A stretch of 52,801 nucleotides of DNA from a virus (IMGVR_UViG_3300021600_000007:1-52801); one strand, 5' to 3'; counted from the stretch's first letter, positions 37,468 through 47,276 are shown. The notes: a model not told the origin generated them from the letters alone. Numbers and translations are program-made.

Positions 37468-38229
37468 ATGATATTAAAATCACCAACAAGCAAACTATCA
37501 ATAGTTAATTTACTCGCAGATTACATTTTAAATAAAATTCCAAAGGACGAAGAAAGTATTATACAAGTCGTTGACTGCATGAACTTTTACGTAATCAAAG
37601 GTAAAACAACCTATAAAGAAACTTTGGATATTGCAAAGATAAAAGATGAATTCACATCAAAGTTCAAAGAACAATTAGTTGACCTGAAATTAACTCACAC
37701 AATTGATTTAATCGATTATAATTCCAAATTGAGCCCGTTAGATGAAATAACTTTTTCATATCATAACAACTCAAGTAATTGTTCGTACCATAAACATCAA
37801 TGTGATGAATATTTAATTGACGACACAAAGTCTTACGACCATAACTTCCACGTAAAACCAATCTTGGAAGATAATAATTTAATTTTCTGTTCTGAGTTTC
37901 CTCATGGGTATTCTCTAAAACAGGGAAGGTTGATGTATTACTATGGAAAACATATTTTCTACAACATACCATACAACTATCCATACTCAACCTTGACATT
38001 CACAATGTCAACAAACAAAGATGAATCAGGTGATAACCAATTTTCTGTTAAGAACTCACGCCAAAAAGAAGATGAAACATTAAAGTCTGCAATTTTGGAT
38101 GTATTTGATTTTGACATGTCTTGGTTGGATACAGAAATGAAAAAAGTGGATTGGTCTATTGAATTAACCAACCCACTTCAGGATTATGATTTTCTTAAAA
38201 AGAAAGTAAAAGATTTTGTAATTTTTTAA
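37468..38229 (+). CDS. hypothetical protein, possible degenerate MetK (SAM synthetase)-fold
   Basis: by-eye similarity to MetK N- and C-terminal segments; catalytic motifs absent. Confidence 0.45.
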   Translation: MILKSPTSKLSIVNLLADYILNKIPKDEESIIQVVDCMNFYVIKGKTTYKETLDIAKIKDEFTSKFKEQLVDLKLTHTIDLIDYNSKLSPLDEITFSYHNNSSNCSYHKHQCDEYLIDDTKSYDHNFHVKPILEDNNLIFCSEFPHGYSLKQGRLMYYYGKHIFYNIPYNYPYSTLTFTMSTNKDESGDNQFSVKNSRQKEDETLKSAILDVFDFDMSWLDTEMKKVDWSIELTNPLQDYDFLKKKVKDFVIF

Positions 38230-38525
38230 ATCAGACCAAGTTTTTGTCTGTGTCCTTGAATGATGGTGACCGCCTCACTTAATTCGTTATAGTTTCTTTC
38301 AGGTGCATATAAAAAAGATTCATGTTTCTCATCATTACCTTCAATAATTAACATCGCTGGTATCATGTCATTGTCTGTAACCTCAACAAAGATATCATAC
38401 TCGTCTTTATAATCATCGATATCTCGGTCAAAAAATTCGATTCCTTCTTTAGTTAACATTTCTTTAAAGTCAGTACAAAAAGGACATCCCTCCATTGTAT
38501 AGACAACAACACTTAAATCATTCAT
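38226..38525 (-). CDS. glutaredoxin-like protein
   Basis: VYTMEGCPFC. Confidence 0.85.
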   Translation of the reverse strand: MNDLSVVVYTMEGCPFCTDFKEMLTKEGIEFFDRDIDDYKDEYDIFVEVTDNDMIPAMLIIEGNDEKHESFLYAPERNYNELSEAVTIIQGHRQKLGLI

Positions 38526-38529
38526 AATC

Positions 38530-38850
38530 TTAATTTAATAACCCAAGAACTTCTGTTGGTGACAGAACACCAGCTTTTGAATAAACTTCAGAACCTCCCT
38601 TGAAAATTTTTATTGTTGGCACACTTCTAATTCCCAACTCTTGCATAAACGTCATGTCGGTATCGACATCAAATTTATAAATATTATATTTAGGTCTATC
38701 AGTTGATTCACTAATTAGTGTTTCATTTACTTTACCCAAATTACTTAACATAACTTTACATGGTCCACACCAGGTGGCATATAAATCTAATACGAAGTTC
38801 TCTCCGTTGCTAATCTTTTCTCTTAATTCAATTGTTGTTAGTTGTTCCAT
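38530..38850 (-). CDS. trxA: thioredoxin
   Basis: YATWCGPCK, IRSVPT. Confidence 0.88.
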   Translation of the reverse strand: MEQLTTIELREKISNGENFVLDLYATWCGPCKVMLSNLGKVNETLISESTDRPKYNIYKFDVDTDMTFMQELGIRSVPTIKIFKGGSEVYSKAGVLSPTEVLGLLN

Positions 38851-39163
38851 TCTTATATGTTTTTAATAGTTGTCCTATAAATAATTTTAATTCATTTAAT
38901 TGTTCTTCTCGATAATAAATAGCCAAGCTTTTGTAATCCATAGCACTTTTAAATAAATATAAATAAAACGATTGTTTGGTTGAATATATTTTACTTCTTA
39001 CTTTAACTTCACCTGTCTTAAACTCCATCCAATTATCACTATAAACTGTGGTGAATGCACGACCATCCAAGAACTTTGGAAAGTCATCAGGAACCTCAAG
39101 TTCCAACGTTGAGAATGGTACTCCATTTTCAACTCCTATTATATATTCAGGTTTACTTACCAT
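38828..39163 (-). CDS. hypothetical protein
   Basis: 111 aa ORF in operon. Confidence 0.6.
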   Translation of the reverse strand: MVSKPEYIIGVENGVPFSTLELEVPDDFPKFLDGRAFTTVYSDNWMEFKTGEVKVRSKIYSTKQSFYLYLFKSAMDYKSLAIYYREEQLNELKLFIGQLLKTYKNGTTNNN

Positions 39164-40812
39164 ATATTCCCAATTTCGTCTTTATCCCATGCCAAACGGC
39201 CATCATCCCTCCAATGAGAAGTAGAATCAAGTTCCAAACCAGACTTGTGAACTTTTTTAATTTTGACTGTATCAAAGTTTTCATCTTTAACATAATATAA
39301 CATACGCTTATCCAATTTAAATAGAACGTCATTCCATTCTTCAGTTAATTTTTTATTAAATCTTCCCAAAGATTGTACTCGGTCAACATAAATAATTTTT
39401 TTAGCAACCAATGATTTATTTAATCTATATTCAATTGTCGCTCTAACCTCTGAATCAATTCCACCCTGACGCAAAGACACAATCATCGACCCACAATTAC
39501 CAATGTATGTCTTAACACAATTAGATTGAGTTGCACTCTCCTCATTATAATTCCTACTGTTATCCAATAACACAGGATAATAAACCTCGCCACCATGTTC
39601 AATTGGCTCACTTATAACCTTATAACTATACTCAGGGTACTTACGATAATAGGTACCTTCTCTGTATGATTGGAGTTTATCCGTCCAATCCAAATGTTCG
39701 TCCCTAAAATCACTTTTATTGTCATCAGATGACATCCATTTAATATTTGGTTCGTACAACTTCAAATCACAATAAAATCTCATATGGTCATAGAATGTAT
39801 GAGCATCCAACGTACCATGTATAACAACATGTCTAAACAATTTATACACACGTTTCAATTCTTCATTGGTGACAAATTGTTTAAAGTCCACAGGTAACGG
39901 ATAATAACTAATATTTGAATTTAAACATCCCAAAATTAATTCGTAGTCTTGATTAACCCAATCATCATTAAACATATTACGAGCCAAAGTAAGCATTGCA
40001 AGATTTAAACTTTCACAATTATGTAAAGCTTTCTTAATCTGTTTACCTGATAACTCATTACGTTCCATAACAGCATCAACCATTCGATTACCACTCCATT
40101 TAAGAATTTTTTTAATCTCAGGTCCAAACCACTCATTTGTATAAACATAAAAATTGTTAGGAAACTTAACACCTCGTTTATTCAAATAGAACTTGAATAA
40201 CCTTTGATTGTGGGTTAACTTACCAAAATTATCAATCGGGTCAATTGTTTGAATGAAAACATCCAAAGCATCATGAGCACAATCCACATCAAGATTAGAA
40301 TCCACACGTCTTATACAATTCCTAATTGACAAACTCAAATTATTCAAAGGTTCACCAATAAAGTAATTTCTTCTAATTTTTTTTCTTGATTTTCTTTTTA
40401 AGTGGTAATTATCAATACCTCCAACATACACATCACCAGTCTTGGTATTTACACTAATGAATTCAACATGTTTAATTGTCTTGAACCAAACAACACCAGC
40501 TCTTCTGTGTTTATAACCCCAAAATAATTTAATTGCAACTTTGTCCCCATCTCTTTCAACTACAATAGTGGTATTATTTCTAGTAACAGCACACATTTGG
40601 TCTGCAAATCTGGTAACAAACTCTTCCTCTGTTTTATTAGTTTTTTTATAAATAAATAATGGATGTTTTTCTGTTGGTTCAGGTCCAACTTCAACTTCAA
40701 GATTTAGAAAATCATTTGTAAATATCTTCCTTTTAAGTGGGAAGTCACTACAAGATTCGTGCTCAATAGTTTCATAACTCACGAACTCTTTTTTAAATAA
40801 CACCTCCTTCAT
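39157..40812 (-). CDS. PcfJ-like domain protein
   Basis: C-terminal EES..Q.NCV..Y....I.SLR...RATIE...Q..GRFN. Confidence 0.65.
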   Translation of the reverse strand: MKEVLFKKEFVSYETIEHESCSDFPLKRKIFTNDFLNLEVEVGPEPTEKHPLFIYKKTNKTEEEFVTRFADQMCAVTRNNTTIVVERDGDKVAIKLFWGYKHRRAGVVWFKTIKHVEFISVNTKTGDVYVGGIDNYHLKRKSRKKIRRNYFIGEPLNNLSLSIRNCIRRVDSNLDVDCAHDALDVFIQTIDPIDNFGKLTHNQRLFKFYLNKRGVKFPNNFYVYTNEWFGPEIKKILKWSGNRMVDAVMERNELSGKQIKKALHNCESLNLAMLTLARNMFNDDWVNQDYELILGCLNSNISYYPLPVDFKQFVTNEELKRVYKLFRHVVIHGTLDAHTFYDHMRFYCDLKLYEPNIKWMSSDDNKSDFRDEHLDWTDKLQSYREGTYYRKYPEYSYKVISEPIEHGGEVYYPVLLDNSRNYNEESATQSNCVKTYIGNCGSMIVSLRQGGIDSEVRATIEYRLNKSLVAKKIIYVDRVQSLGRFNKKLTEEWNDVLFKLDKRMLYYVKDENFDTVKIKKVHKSGLELDSTSHWRDDGRLAWDKDEIGNIW

Positions 40813-40863
40813 ATTACAAATATAATAAAAAAAGAATGGGGGACAAAATATCCCCCACACTTT

Positions 40864-41613
40864 TTAACAATAAGACTCGGCTAGTTCCCAAAGGTTAGTG
40901 TTAATCTTGTTGATGTTATGGAAGTTCTTCAACTCTCTCATAGTCATCACACGACCCTTCTTACTCTGATACTTCATACCACCACGTATGAACTTTTCCT
41001 GGATTACATTAAAGGTCTTCCAAACACTATTCCCTACGTCACCTTCTCTTTCGGGGTGAAGGAAAGATTCGATGTCAATTTTTGGGATTGAACCTTTTTC
41101 CCAACGGAGCATCGCTGCTCGGTCTACAAAGTCAACTAACTTGGATTCATCCAAGAAAGTATTCTCCATCATACTAACTGAACGTTGAATGATTGGTAAT
41201 CTTTCAGCGAACTGGTCAGTGATTTCACGTACCGTACCCAAATCAACTTTCATGTGTTTAACTGCAATTGAGTCAGACACTGAAGTCGGAACTGTCAATC
41301 CATTGGAACACACTAAACGGTGTAGTCCTGAACTGATTGACAAGGTACTAAGACCATTGTGTGAGTTACGGATAATCGCCTCAATCAAAGAGTCCCCAAC
41401 ATTTGGTAGTTCTCCATTACGAAGACGTAGTTCGTGTTGAGCATACAATCCTTTACCTACTTGACGAGCGGAAGCTACGTTCCATCCTTCTCGTTCAAAG
41501 TTTTCAAGGATATCAATTGTTGGTACAAAAGTGTACTTGTCAGACATCTTTGGAGATGGGGCTGTCGCGAAAACAGATGGGGTAATTTTTTTTAGGTCAT
41601 CTAATAATATCAT
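40864..41613 (-). CDS. DUF932/DUF945 family protein
   Basis: SDKY.FVPT, NSH.G, G..RLVCSNGL, W..FN.IQE, N..LW.LA. Confidence 0.85.
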   Translation of the reverse strand: MILLDDLKKITPSVFATAPSPKMSDKYTFVPTIDILENFEREGWNVASARQVGKGLYAQHELRLRNGELPNVGDSLIEAIIRNSHNGLSTLSISSGLHRLVCSNGLTVPTSVSDSIAVKHMKVDLGTVREITDQFAERLPIIQRSVSMMENTFLDESKLVDFVDRAAMLRWEKGSIPKIDIESFLHPEREGDVGNSVWKTFNVIQEKFIRGGMKYQSKKGRVMTMRELKNFHNINKINTNLWELAESYC

Positions 41614-41667
41614 GTCTTATTGTTTTAGGTTGATATAATGATAACACTTTTTATTTAAAGAACCAAC

Positions 41668-41955
41668 TTAATTCAAAAAGATTGTCCCAAATTTTGTGCT
41701 CATCATATAACTTTCGAGCTTCTCAGGTTTGGGGTCATTAGGATTCTTACCATTTAGTATAACACATATGTCAAGAATTTGTTTTTGAGTTAAAGAAACG
41801 TCTTCACCTTTACCAATATTTTTAAGCGATGCATCTCTAATCTTATCATAAAATTCATCTTCTTTCCCTTTTGGTATTAGCGTAAAAAGGTCATCAGGAT
41901 TATTCTTGAAAAATTTGATAATGCCATTCATGTATATTTCAACATCAACATTCAT
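41668..41955 (-). CDS. hypothetical protein
   Basis: 95 aa ORF. Confidence 0.65.
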   Translation of the reverse strand: MNVDVEIYMNGIIKFFKNNPDDLFTLIPKGKEDEFYDKIRDASLKNIGKGEDVSLTQKQILDICVILNGKNPNDPKPEKLESYMMSTKFGTIFLN

Positions 41956-41981
41956 TGTAATAAGTTTTAAAAGTTAAACAA

Positions 41982-43301
41982 TTAATCTTGAAGGTCCCAC
42001 ATTCCTCCACCCATATCAGTTCCTTTGGATTGAATTGATTCTGGTACTTGAACGTTTGCACTACCTTTAAGATTCAAGAAGTATAAGTTAGGTAAATCAG
42101 CAATACACTCAGGAATACTTCTAAGTTTGTCATTGTTAATTAACGCCAAGAATCTTAATTTAGGTAAAGTACAGATTGATTCAGGAACACTTGCAACACA
42201 GTTGTCAAATAATACCATTGTCAATTCTTTGAATCTTCCAATCTCTTCAGGGATTTGGATGATTAATCCAGTCTTATCTTTGTTTTGAATTTGGAACTCT
42301 TTTAATGTATCAGGTAAACTACCAATTAAATCGTCTAATCCGTATAATCCAATGAATTTACCAATTGCACCATGACTGAAACTGTCAATAACTAATTTCT
42401 CACCACCAACAGTTAATCCTTTTGCGAATTCAGGTTTAAAGAATCCTTTCAACTCTTTCATTGGTCCGTTTAATAATTGAACCAAGTCTTGTTGACGGTC
42501 ATCTTTATCCATAAACTGATTCGATGGGAAGTGGAACTGATATCTATTTTTTGGTAGTCCTGTTTCAGCCGCAACATCAGTATCGTTTGGATTAAATACA
42601 ACATATAAAGGACCATCCTTAATATAACGATTGAACCATTGGTCAGTACCAGGTGTTGAAGTACACCATCTTGTTTCTCTATTGTGTCCTCCGTAAAAAC
42701 AAGCGGCTTCTTTACCTACAGTTCCTTTATTTTCAATTTCAATAACTCTCCATGTTGGTCCGTCAAATACCAATTTAGCTCCAGGGTGAACAGGTGCCGA
42801 TTGTCTTTCAGCTTTAGTAGTTGTTGCCAAAGTCAAATCAAAATCCTTAACCGCATCATATAATACCTCAGGAGTTAACTTATTAATATCTCTCATCTCT
42901 TGAGGAAGTTTACCTTTAAACTTCTCATATTTAGCAAGGTCTTCTTTAACCTTATATAAATCCTCCATGAAAGTATCCTTAACGTTTTGAACTTCACGCT
43001 CGTAACCATTATCACCAGGTTGTCTTTCGGTTTTTGGCATTAAATATTGTTTAATTAACCACTGAACGTATTTACCCGCCTTAACCTTTTCAAGTTGTTT
43101 GGAGTCAGCGTTAGTTAAATCAATGTTATTTAACCTTGTTGTTGGGTCAGCCTCGACTAACTTATTAAACTCTTCTCTGCTCATCTTAGGCTTTACCTTA
43201 TTACCTTCTTTATCTTTAGATGGCTTAGTAAGTGCGTCCGACAACAATTCAAATCTTGATTGTTCTAAAATGACCCTTTTTAATATTGACGTGAATTTCA
43301 T
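41982..43301 (-). CDS. 'WCT' domain protein (paralog 3) with C-terminal leucine-rich repeats
   Basis: ACFYGG..ETRWCTS..FNRY..GPLY; IPEEIG..L..L / VPESI..L..L..L.L / IPECI.DL.NL..LNL. Confidence 0.75.
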   Translation of the reverse strand: MKFTSILKRVILEQSRFELLSDALTKPSKDKEGNKVKPKMSREEFNKLVEADPTTRLNNIDLTNADSKQLEKVKAGKYVQWLIKQYLMPKTERQPGDNGYEREVQNVKDTFMEDLYKVKEDLAKYEKFKGKLPQEMRDINKLTPEVLYDAVKDFDLTLATTTKAERQSAPVHPGAKLVFDGPTWRVIEIENKGTVGKEAACFYGGHNRETRWCTSTPGTDQWFNRYIKDGPLYVVFNPNDTDVAAETGLPKNRYQFHFPSNQFMDKDDRQQDLVQLLNGPMKELKGFFKPEFAKGLTVGGEKLVIDSFSHGAIGKFIGLYGLDDLIGSLPDTLKEFQIQNKDKTGLIIQIPEEIGRFKELTMVLFDNCVASVPESICTLPKLRFLALINNDKLRSIPECIADLPNLYFLNLKGSANVQVPESIQSKGTDMGGGMWDLQD

Positions 43302-43347
43302 CTTTGTTATTTTATTACTATAAATATATTGACGATACAAAAATAAC

Positions 43348-44187
43348 TCAATAATTCAAGATTAACAACTCTTCCCCCATATTTTGTTTTGTTCCCTTCT
43401 TAGCTGCAGCCGCTTTAGCAAACTCTTTCTTCTCCCAACGGTACTGTCCTTCAGGAAACCACTCGTGTAATAACTCAAAATCGTAATAGGATAAACTGAA
43501 TTTACCTTGAACATTATGTAAGACATTTGCAAGTCTTTCATGGTCTTTTCTGTCAAAGTCATGGTTACTATAATAGTTTTCAGTTTTCCAGTATGGTGGG
43601 TCTAAATAGATGTAGGTTGTTGGAGAATCATACTTTTTAATAACATCAGCAAAATCCATATTCTCAACCTCAGTGATTTTTAGGAAATGTTCTACCCAAT
43701 CAGGTTTAGATAACTTATCTCTAAATGTAAGGTACTTTGATTTGTATTTACCTTTTAAGTCAATAAATGAACTTGTTTCAGGTTTACTACCACTGAATAC
43801 CTGTGTTAAGACATAGGCATATTTGGCGGCGATTTCATAATTTTCAGGTTTTAAGCTTAAATCTTTATCAAAAATTTCAGCCTGAAAGCTTATAAACTGT
43901 TCTTTATATATAGATGGTGTAATTTCTTCACCAAATTGTTGACATGGGATTGCATTGATTGATTCTAATAATCTTTCAGGATTCTTAATACATTGAAATA
44001 AATTGTAGTTAAGTGGGTTGAAGTCATTATAAACAACTTTCTTAAGATTTGGGAATTGTTTTAAGTCCATGTTGAAGAAACACCAAAACATCCCTCCAAA
44101 TGTTTCGACATATGTTTCAATGTCTTTATCATAGAAAGGGACAATCCACTTTCCAATTTTACTTTTACCTCCAATGTATGATAGCAT
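43348..44187 (-). CDS. Dam-like (D12 class) DNA adenine methyltransferase
   Basis: YIGGKS, YVETFGG, YND, YLDPPY. Confidence 0.9.
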   Translation of the reverse strand: MLSYIGGKSKIGKWIVPFYDKDIETYVETFGGMFWCFFNMDLKQFPNLKKVVYNDFNPLNYNLFQCIKNPERLLESINAIPCQQFGEEITPSIYKEQFISFQAEIFDKDLSLKPENYEIAAKYAYVLTQVFSGSKPETSSFIDLKGKYKSKYLTFRDKLSKPDWVEHFLKITEVENMDFADVIKKYDSPTTYIYLDPPYWKTENYYSNHDFDRKDHERLANVLHNVQGKFSLSYYDFELLHEWFPEGQYRWEKKEFAKAAAAKKGTKQNMGEELLILNY

Positions 44188-44235
44188 ATTTTTACTTTTA
44201 TAAAAGTATAAGTAAAAAATACGAAAAGGCAAATT

Positions 44236-44412
44236 TTATTTGTAACAATTTTTGTACGGTCGACAAGATGCCTTCTGAGTAAATCCCATATTTTTACACG
44301 AAGTACTTTCACAATATGATTTACTATACTTGCGAGGTTTCTTATATTCCTCTTGTTCTTTCTCATCAAGATATTGATAAAGAACTCTTTTAATAATTTG
44401 CTCAATTAACAT
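44236..44412 (-). CDS. small Cys-rich protein (not in ORF track)
   Basis: MLIEQIIKRVLYQYLDE...YCESTSCKNMGFTQKASCRPYKNCYK; TATTTAT upstream. Confidence 0.6.
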   Translation of the reverse strand: MLIEQIIKRVLYQYLDEKEQEEYKKPRKYSKSYCESTSCKNMGFTQKASCRPYKNCYK

Positions 44413-44422
44413 AATTATAAAT

Positions 44423-44569
44423 ATGTCAGAAACTGGTTGTAAAAAATGTAAACAAAAAGGTCCTAGTAATTTTCAAATAGGTTCAATAATTTTAGGTGTC
44501 TATATTATAGTGACATCAATATACGGAACGATTGAATTTGTTAAAGATATTGTAGGATATTTTAAATAG
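44423..44569 (+). CDS. small CxxC + TM protein (not in ORF track)
   Basis: MSETGCKKCKQK..TM helix. Confidence 0.5.
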   Translation: MSETGCKKCKQKGPSNFQIGSIILGVYIIVTSIYGTIEFVKDIVGYFK

Positions 44570-45491
44570 GTCTGTTAAATTTAACATTTAATTTAACATA
44601 CATATCTCCGCTATTATATCCCTTACCCTTTAATCTTAAAGGTTTAGAGCTATCAAATATTGGTAAAGCGTTCATTACCAAATCACCATTTGGATGTGGA
44701 ATATTAAATTTATCCTGTTGGATTTGTTCTAAATCTAAGAATAGATTATAAATCAAATCATTATTAATTTTTTCATAACCATCTTGGTTAACCATTTCAA
44801 TTTGAATAACTAAATCACCGTATTCACCGTTTCTAAAATCACCTAAATTACCAACTTTAAGGTATTGTCCATTGTCAACCCCAATTGGTAGTTTAACTGT
44901 AACCTCATGATTTTGTGGTTTAACCCCTTTACCATCACAATGATAACATCTATGTGTTAAAGTATGTCCTCGACCTGCACAAGTGCCACAAGCGGTTCTA
45001 ATTTGTTGAACCATGAATCCTGTACCAAATGTTTTTATTTGGAATCCAGCTCCTCCACAAGTCCCACAAGGTTGTTGTTCTCCACCACTACCAGAACAAA
45101 TGTTACAATGATTGTCTTTTATATAGTTAATCACCTTATCAACTCCTTTAAACGATTCAATCGGATTAACCTGAACTTTGATTATTTTATCGGGTGCAGA
45201 TTTTCTTCTTTGATTGAATGGATTTTGTTGTTGTCCAAACATTTGATTAAAAATCTCCTCATAAGACATTCCGCCATTACCAGCAAATGGATTGTTTAAG
45301 TTGTTATTGTATTGAGCTCGTTTTGCCTCATCACCGATTATACCATATGCAACCGTAATCTCTTTAAATTTCTCAGCACCTTCAGGATTTACATCAGGAT
45401 GGTACTGTTTACTTAATTTTCTGTAAGCCTTTTTGATTTCATCTTGTGTAGCATCTTTACTTACACCTAAAATTTCGTAATAATTATTCAT
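44562..45491 (-). CDS. dnaJ: DnaJ chaperone
   Basis: J domain with HPD, four CxxCxGxG, C-terminal domain. Confidence 0.92.
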   Translation of the reverse strand: MNNYYEILGVSKDATQDEIKKAYRKLSKQYHPDVNPEGAEKFKEITVAYGIIGDEAKRAQYNNNLNNPFAGNGGMSYEEIFNQMFGQQQNPFNQRRKSAPDKIIKVQVNPIESFKGVDKVINYIKDNHCNICSGSGGEQQPCGTCGGAGFQIKTFGTGFMVQQIRTACGTCAGRGHTLTHRCYHCDGKGVKPQNHEVTVKLPIGVDNGQYLKVGNLGDFRNGEYGDLVIQIEMVNQDGYEKINNDLIYNLFLDLEQIQQDKFNIPHPNGDLVMNALPIFDSSKPLRLKGKGYNSGDMYVKLNVKFNRPI

Positions 45492-45493
45492 AT

Positions 45494-46141
45494 ATGGAAA
45501 ACTATTTGGTAGTCTTATTCAAAAATAAAAAAAGAAAACGAATAATAAAGAAGTTTGTCACTTTATCTCGCTCAAAATTGTTTTTTAATAAATTAATTAA
45601 TGAATCGGATGAGGTAATATTCGATGTTCTCATTGAAAATACAAAAGATTGTAAGTTTGAATTAGGTTTAATTGAGATGACAACCAACCAATCCGCACCA
45701 GTTTATATTACAGACGAATACGGGAGGAATGTTAAGGTTAAATTGGAAGATGATGGTATGTCAATTTTACAAATCAAACCTTACCGTGAAGAAGAATTAA
45801 TTTTTGACGTTCATAAAAAAAAGAAAATAACCACAAAGGACTTAATAAAAACTTATCTTAAGACTGATGGATTAAAAATGATTTCAGTCTTAAATAATAA
45901 AATTGTAGTTCAAAAAGATGAGGACATTAAACTTTTCTCATTGAAGAATGAAAAAGAATCATCAAGATTTATTGATTGTTTGTCGTCGTATTTCTTTAAA
46001 ATAAAAAGAGGTGACTGTCTTTTTATTAAAGACTATTCGTCACCTCAAAGAAAATACTTGTATAGTTTGTTAGAATCTAACGGGTTTGATAAGAAAGTTC
46101 TTTACAGAAAATTTACAACTTATCCTTCTCGTCCAAAATAA
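45494..46141 (+). CDS. hypothetical protein
   Basis: 215 aa ORF. Confidence 0.7.
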   Translation: MENYLVVLFKNKKRKRIIKKFVTLSRSKLFFNKLINESDEVIFDVLIENTKDCKFELGLIEMTTNQSAPVYITDEYGRNVKVKLEDDGMSILQIKPYREEELIFDVHKKKKITTKDLIKTYLKTDGLKMISVLNNKIVVQKDEDIKLFSLKNEKESSRFIDCLSSYFFKIKRGDCLFIKDYSSPQRKYLYSLLESNGFDKKVLYRKFTTYPSRPK

Positions 46142-46346
46142 AATGGAACTCAGTTCCTGATATGTCCATTGAAAATTGTTTGTGGTGTCTGTCGACCTCT
46201 CTAAAGTGGCTAATCACACTATTGTACTCACCTTTAGGTAATTCAAATATAATTGTACCCTTACCACTAAATAAGGTTTGAACTGATTCTGCAATCAACG
46301 CCAACTTTTCTATTGTCCTAAGAGAATTATCTTTATTTTCTTCCAT
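46113..46346 (-). CDS. hypothetical protein
   Basis: 77 aa ORF. Confidence 0.6.
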   Translation of the reverse strand: MEENKDNSLRTIEKLALIAESVQTLFSGKGTIIFELPKGEYNSVISHFREVDRHHKQFSMDISGTEFHFILDEKDKL

Positions 46347-46504
46347 ATACTTAATTTTTTTGGTTTAGGGAATAAGGCTTCTTTATTAAGCCCTTTAATT
46401 TCTTTAATTATTTTTTCTTTACCCTTATCAAGTTCCCTTTTGTCCTTCAGTTTTTCACTGTTGAACCAATTCATTAATTGTTGGCTTCTGTCCGTATTGC
46501 TCAT
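46310..46504 (-). CDS. hypothetical protein
   Basis: 64 aa ORF. Confidence 0.55.
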   Translation of the reverse strand: MSNTDRSQQLMNWFNSEKLKDKRELDKGKEKIIKEIKGLNKEALFPKPKKLSIWKKIKIILLGQ

Positions 46505-46916
46505 CTTCTAAATTTATTTCAGTTTCTAAATCAGTATCTAATTCATCTTCCACTTCAAAATCAAAATAAAGATTTTGTAGTTTATCTAAATCAGTTTTTT
46601 CAAAAGTTTGTTTTAACTGTTCGACAGTTTGTTTAAACAATCTTTCTTTTAATTCTCGTTCCTTATTTAATTTAATAATCTTACCAATTTTAACTATGAT
46701 TGAAGAAACTTCTTTTTCTCCTATTGGACTAATAAAGGTAATCCCTTTCATGTTTGGGTCCTCAACTTCAAATCCAATGACTTGACCCTCGTCAATAATA
46801 TTTTTTGGTATTGACCACTTTGTTTGGAATTTCATATCAAAACTTAGATATGTTTCCAATTTTCTAATTGAATGGATATATTCAACGAATGGTGCTATTT
46901 CTTTATAAAAACTCAT
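46455..46916 (-). CDS. hypothetical protein
   Basis: 153 aa ORF. Confidence 0.65.
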   Translation of the reverse strand: MSFYKEIAPFVEYIHSIRKLETYLSFDMKFQTKWSIPKNIIDEGQVIGFEVEDPNMKGITFISPIGEKEVSSIIVKIGKIIKLNKERELKERLFKQTVEQLKQTFEKTDLDKLQNLYFDFEVEDELDTDLETEINLEDEQYGQKPTINELVQQ

Positions 46917-47101
46917 TTTTGTAATAGATATGTTATTAAATAACTAATTGATGCTCCTAAGAGAAAAAGTTCCCTGTTACTAAGAACCAATGGTGTTGGT
47001 TCTTTTTGTAACAGGGCTCTTAAAAATTTTAAGACATTCAAAGATGCCACTAATATTGTGAAAACAAATATAAAAAGATATATTGTGTCAATATTATGCA
47101 T
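46913..47101 (-). CDS. small two-TM membrane protein
   Basis: two hydrophobic helices. Confidence 0.6.
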   Translation of the reverse strand: MHNIDTIYLFIFVFTILVASLNVLKFLRALLQKEPTPLVLSNRELFLLGASISYLITYLLQK

Positions 47102-47276
47102 TCTTGTCTGACTTGTTGTGTTCTAAAATTTCTCCTCTTAATTGTTGAAGTAATGCTTTCAACTCTTGTGCGGATTTTCTTGCTCTAGTACCAGCACTTT
47201 TGTTTCCTCCGAAAAATTTTGTTGTATCTACCGATAATAACTCAGCCAATACTTTGATTTGTTCTAATGTTTCCAT
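47094..47276 (-). CDS. histone H1-like (Hc1-family) protein
   Basis: D..KF..GNKSAGTRARK...EL......LR motif typical of Bacteroidota Hc1-like proteins. Confidence 0.75.
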   Translation of the reverse strand: METLEQIKVLAELLSVDTTKFFGGNKSAGTRARKSAQELKALLQQLRGEILEHNKSDKNA

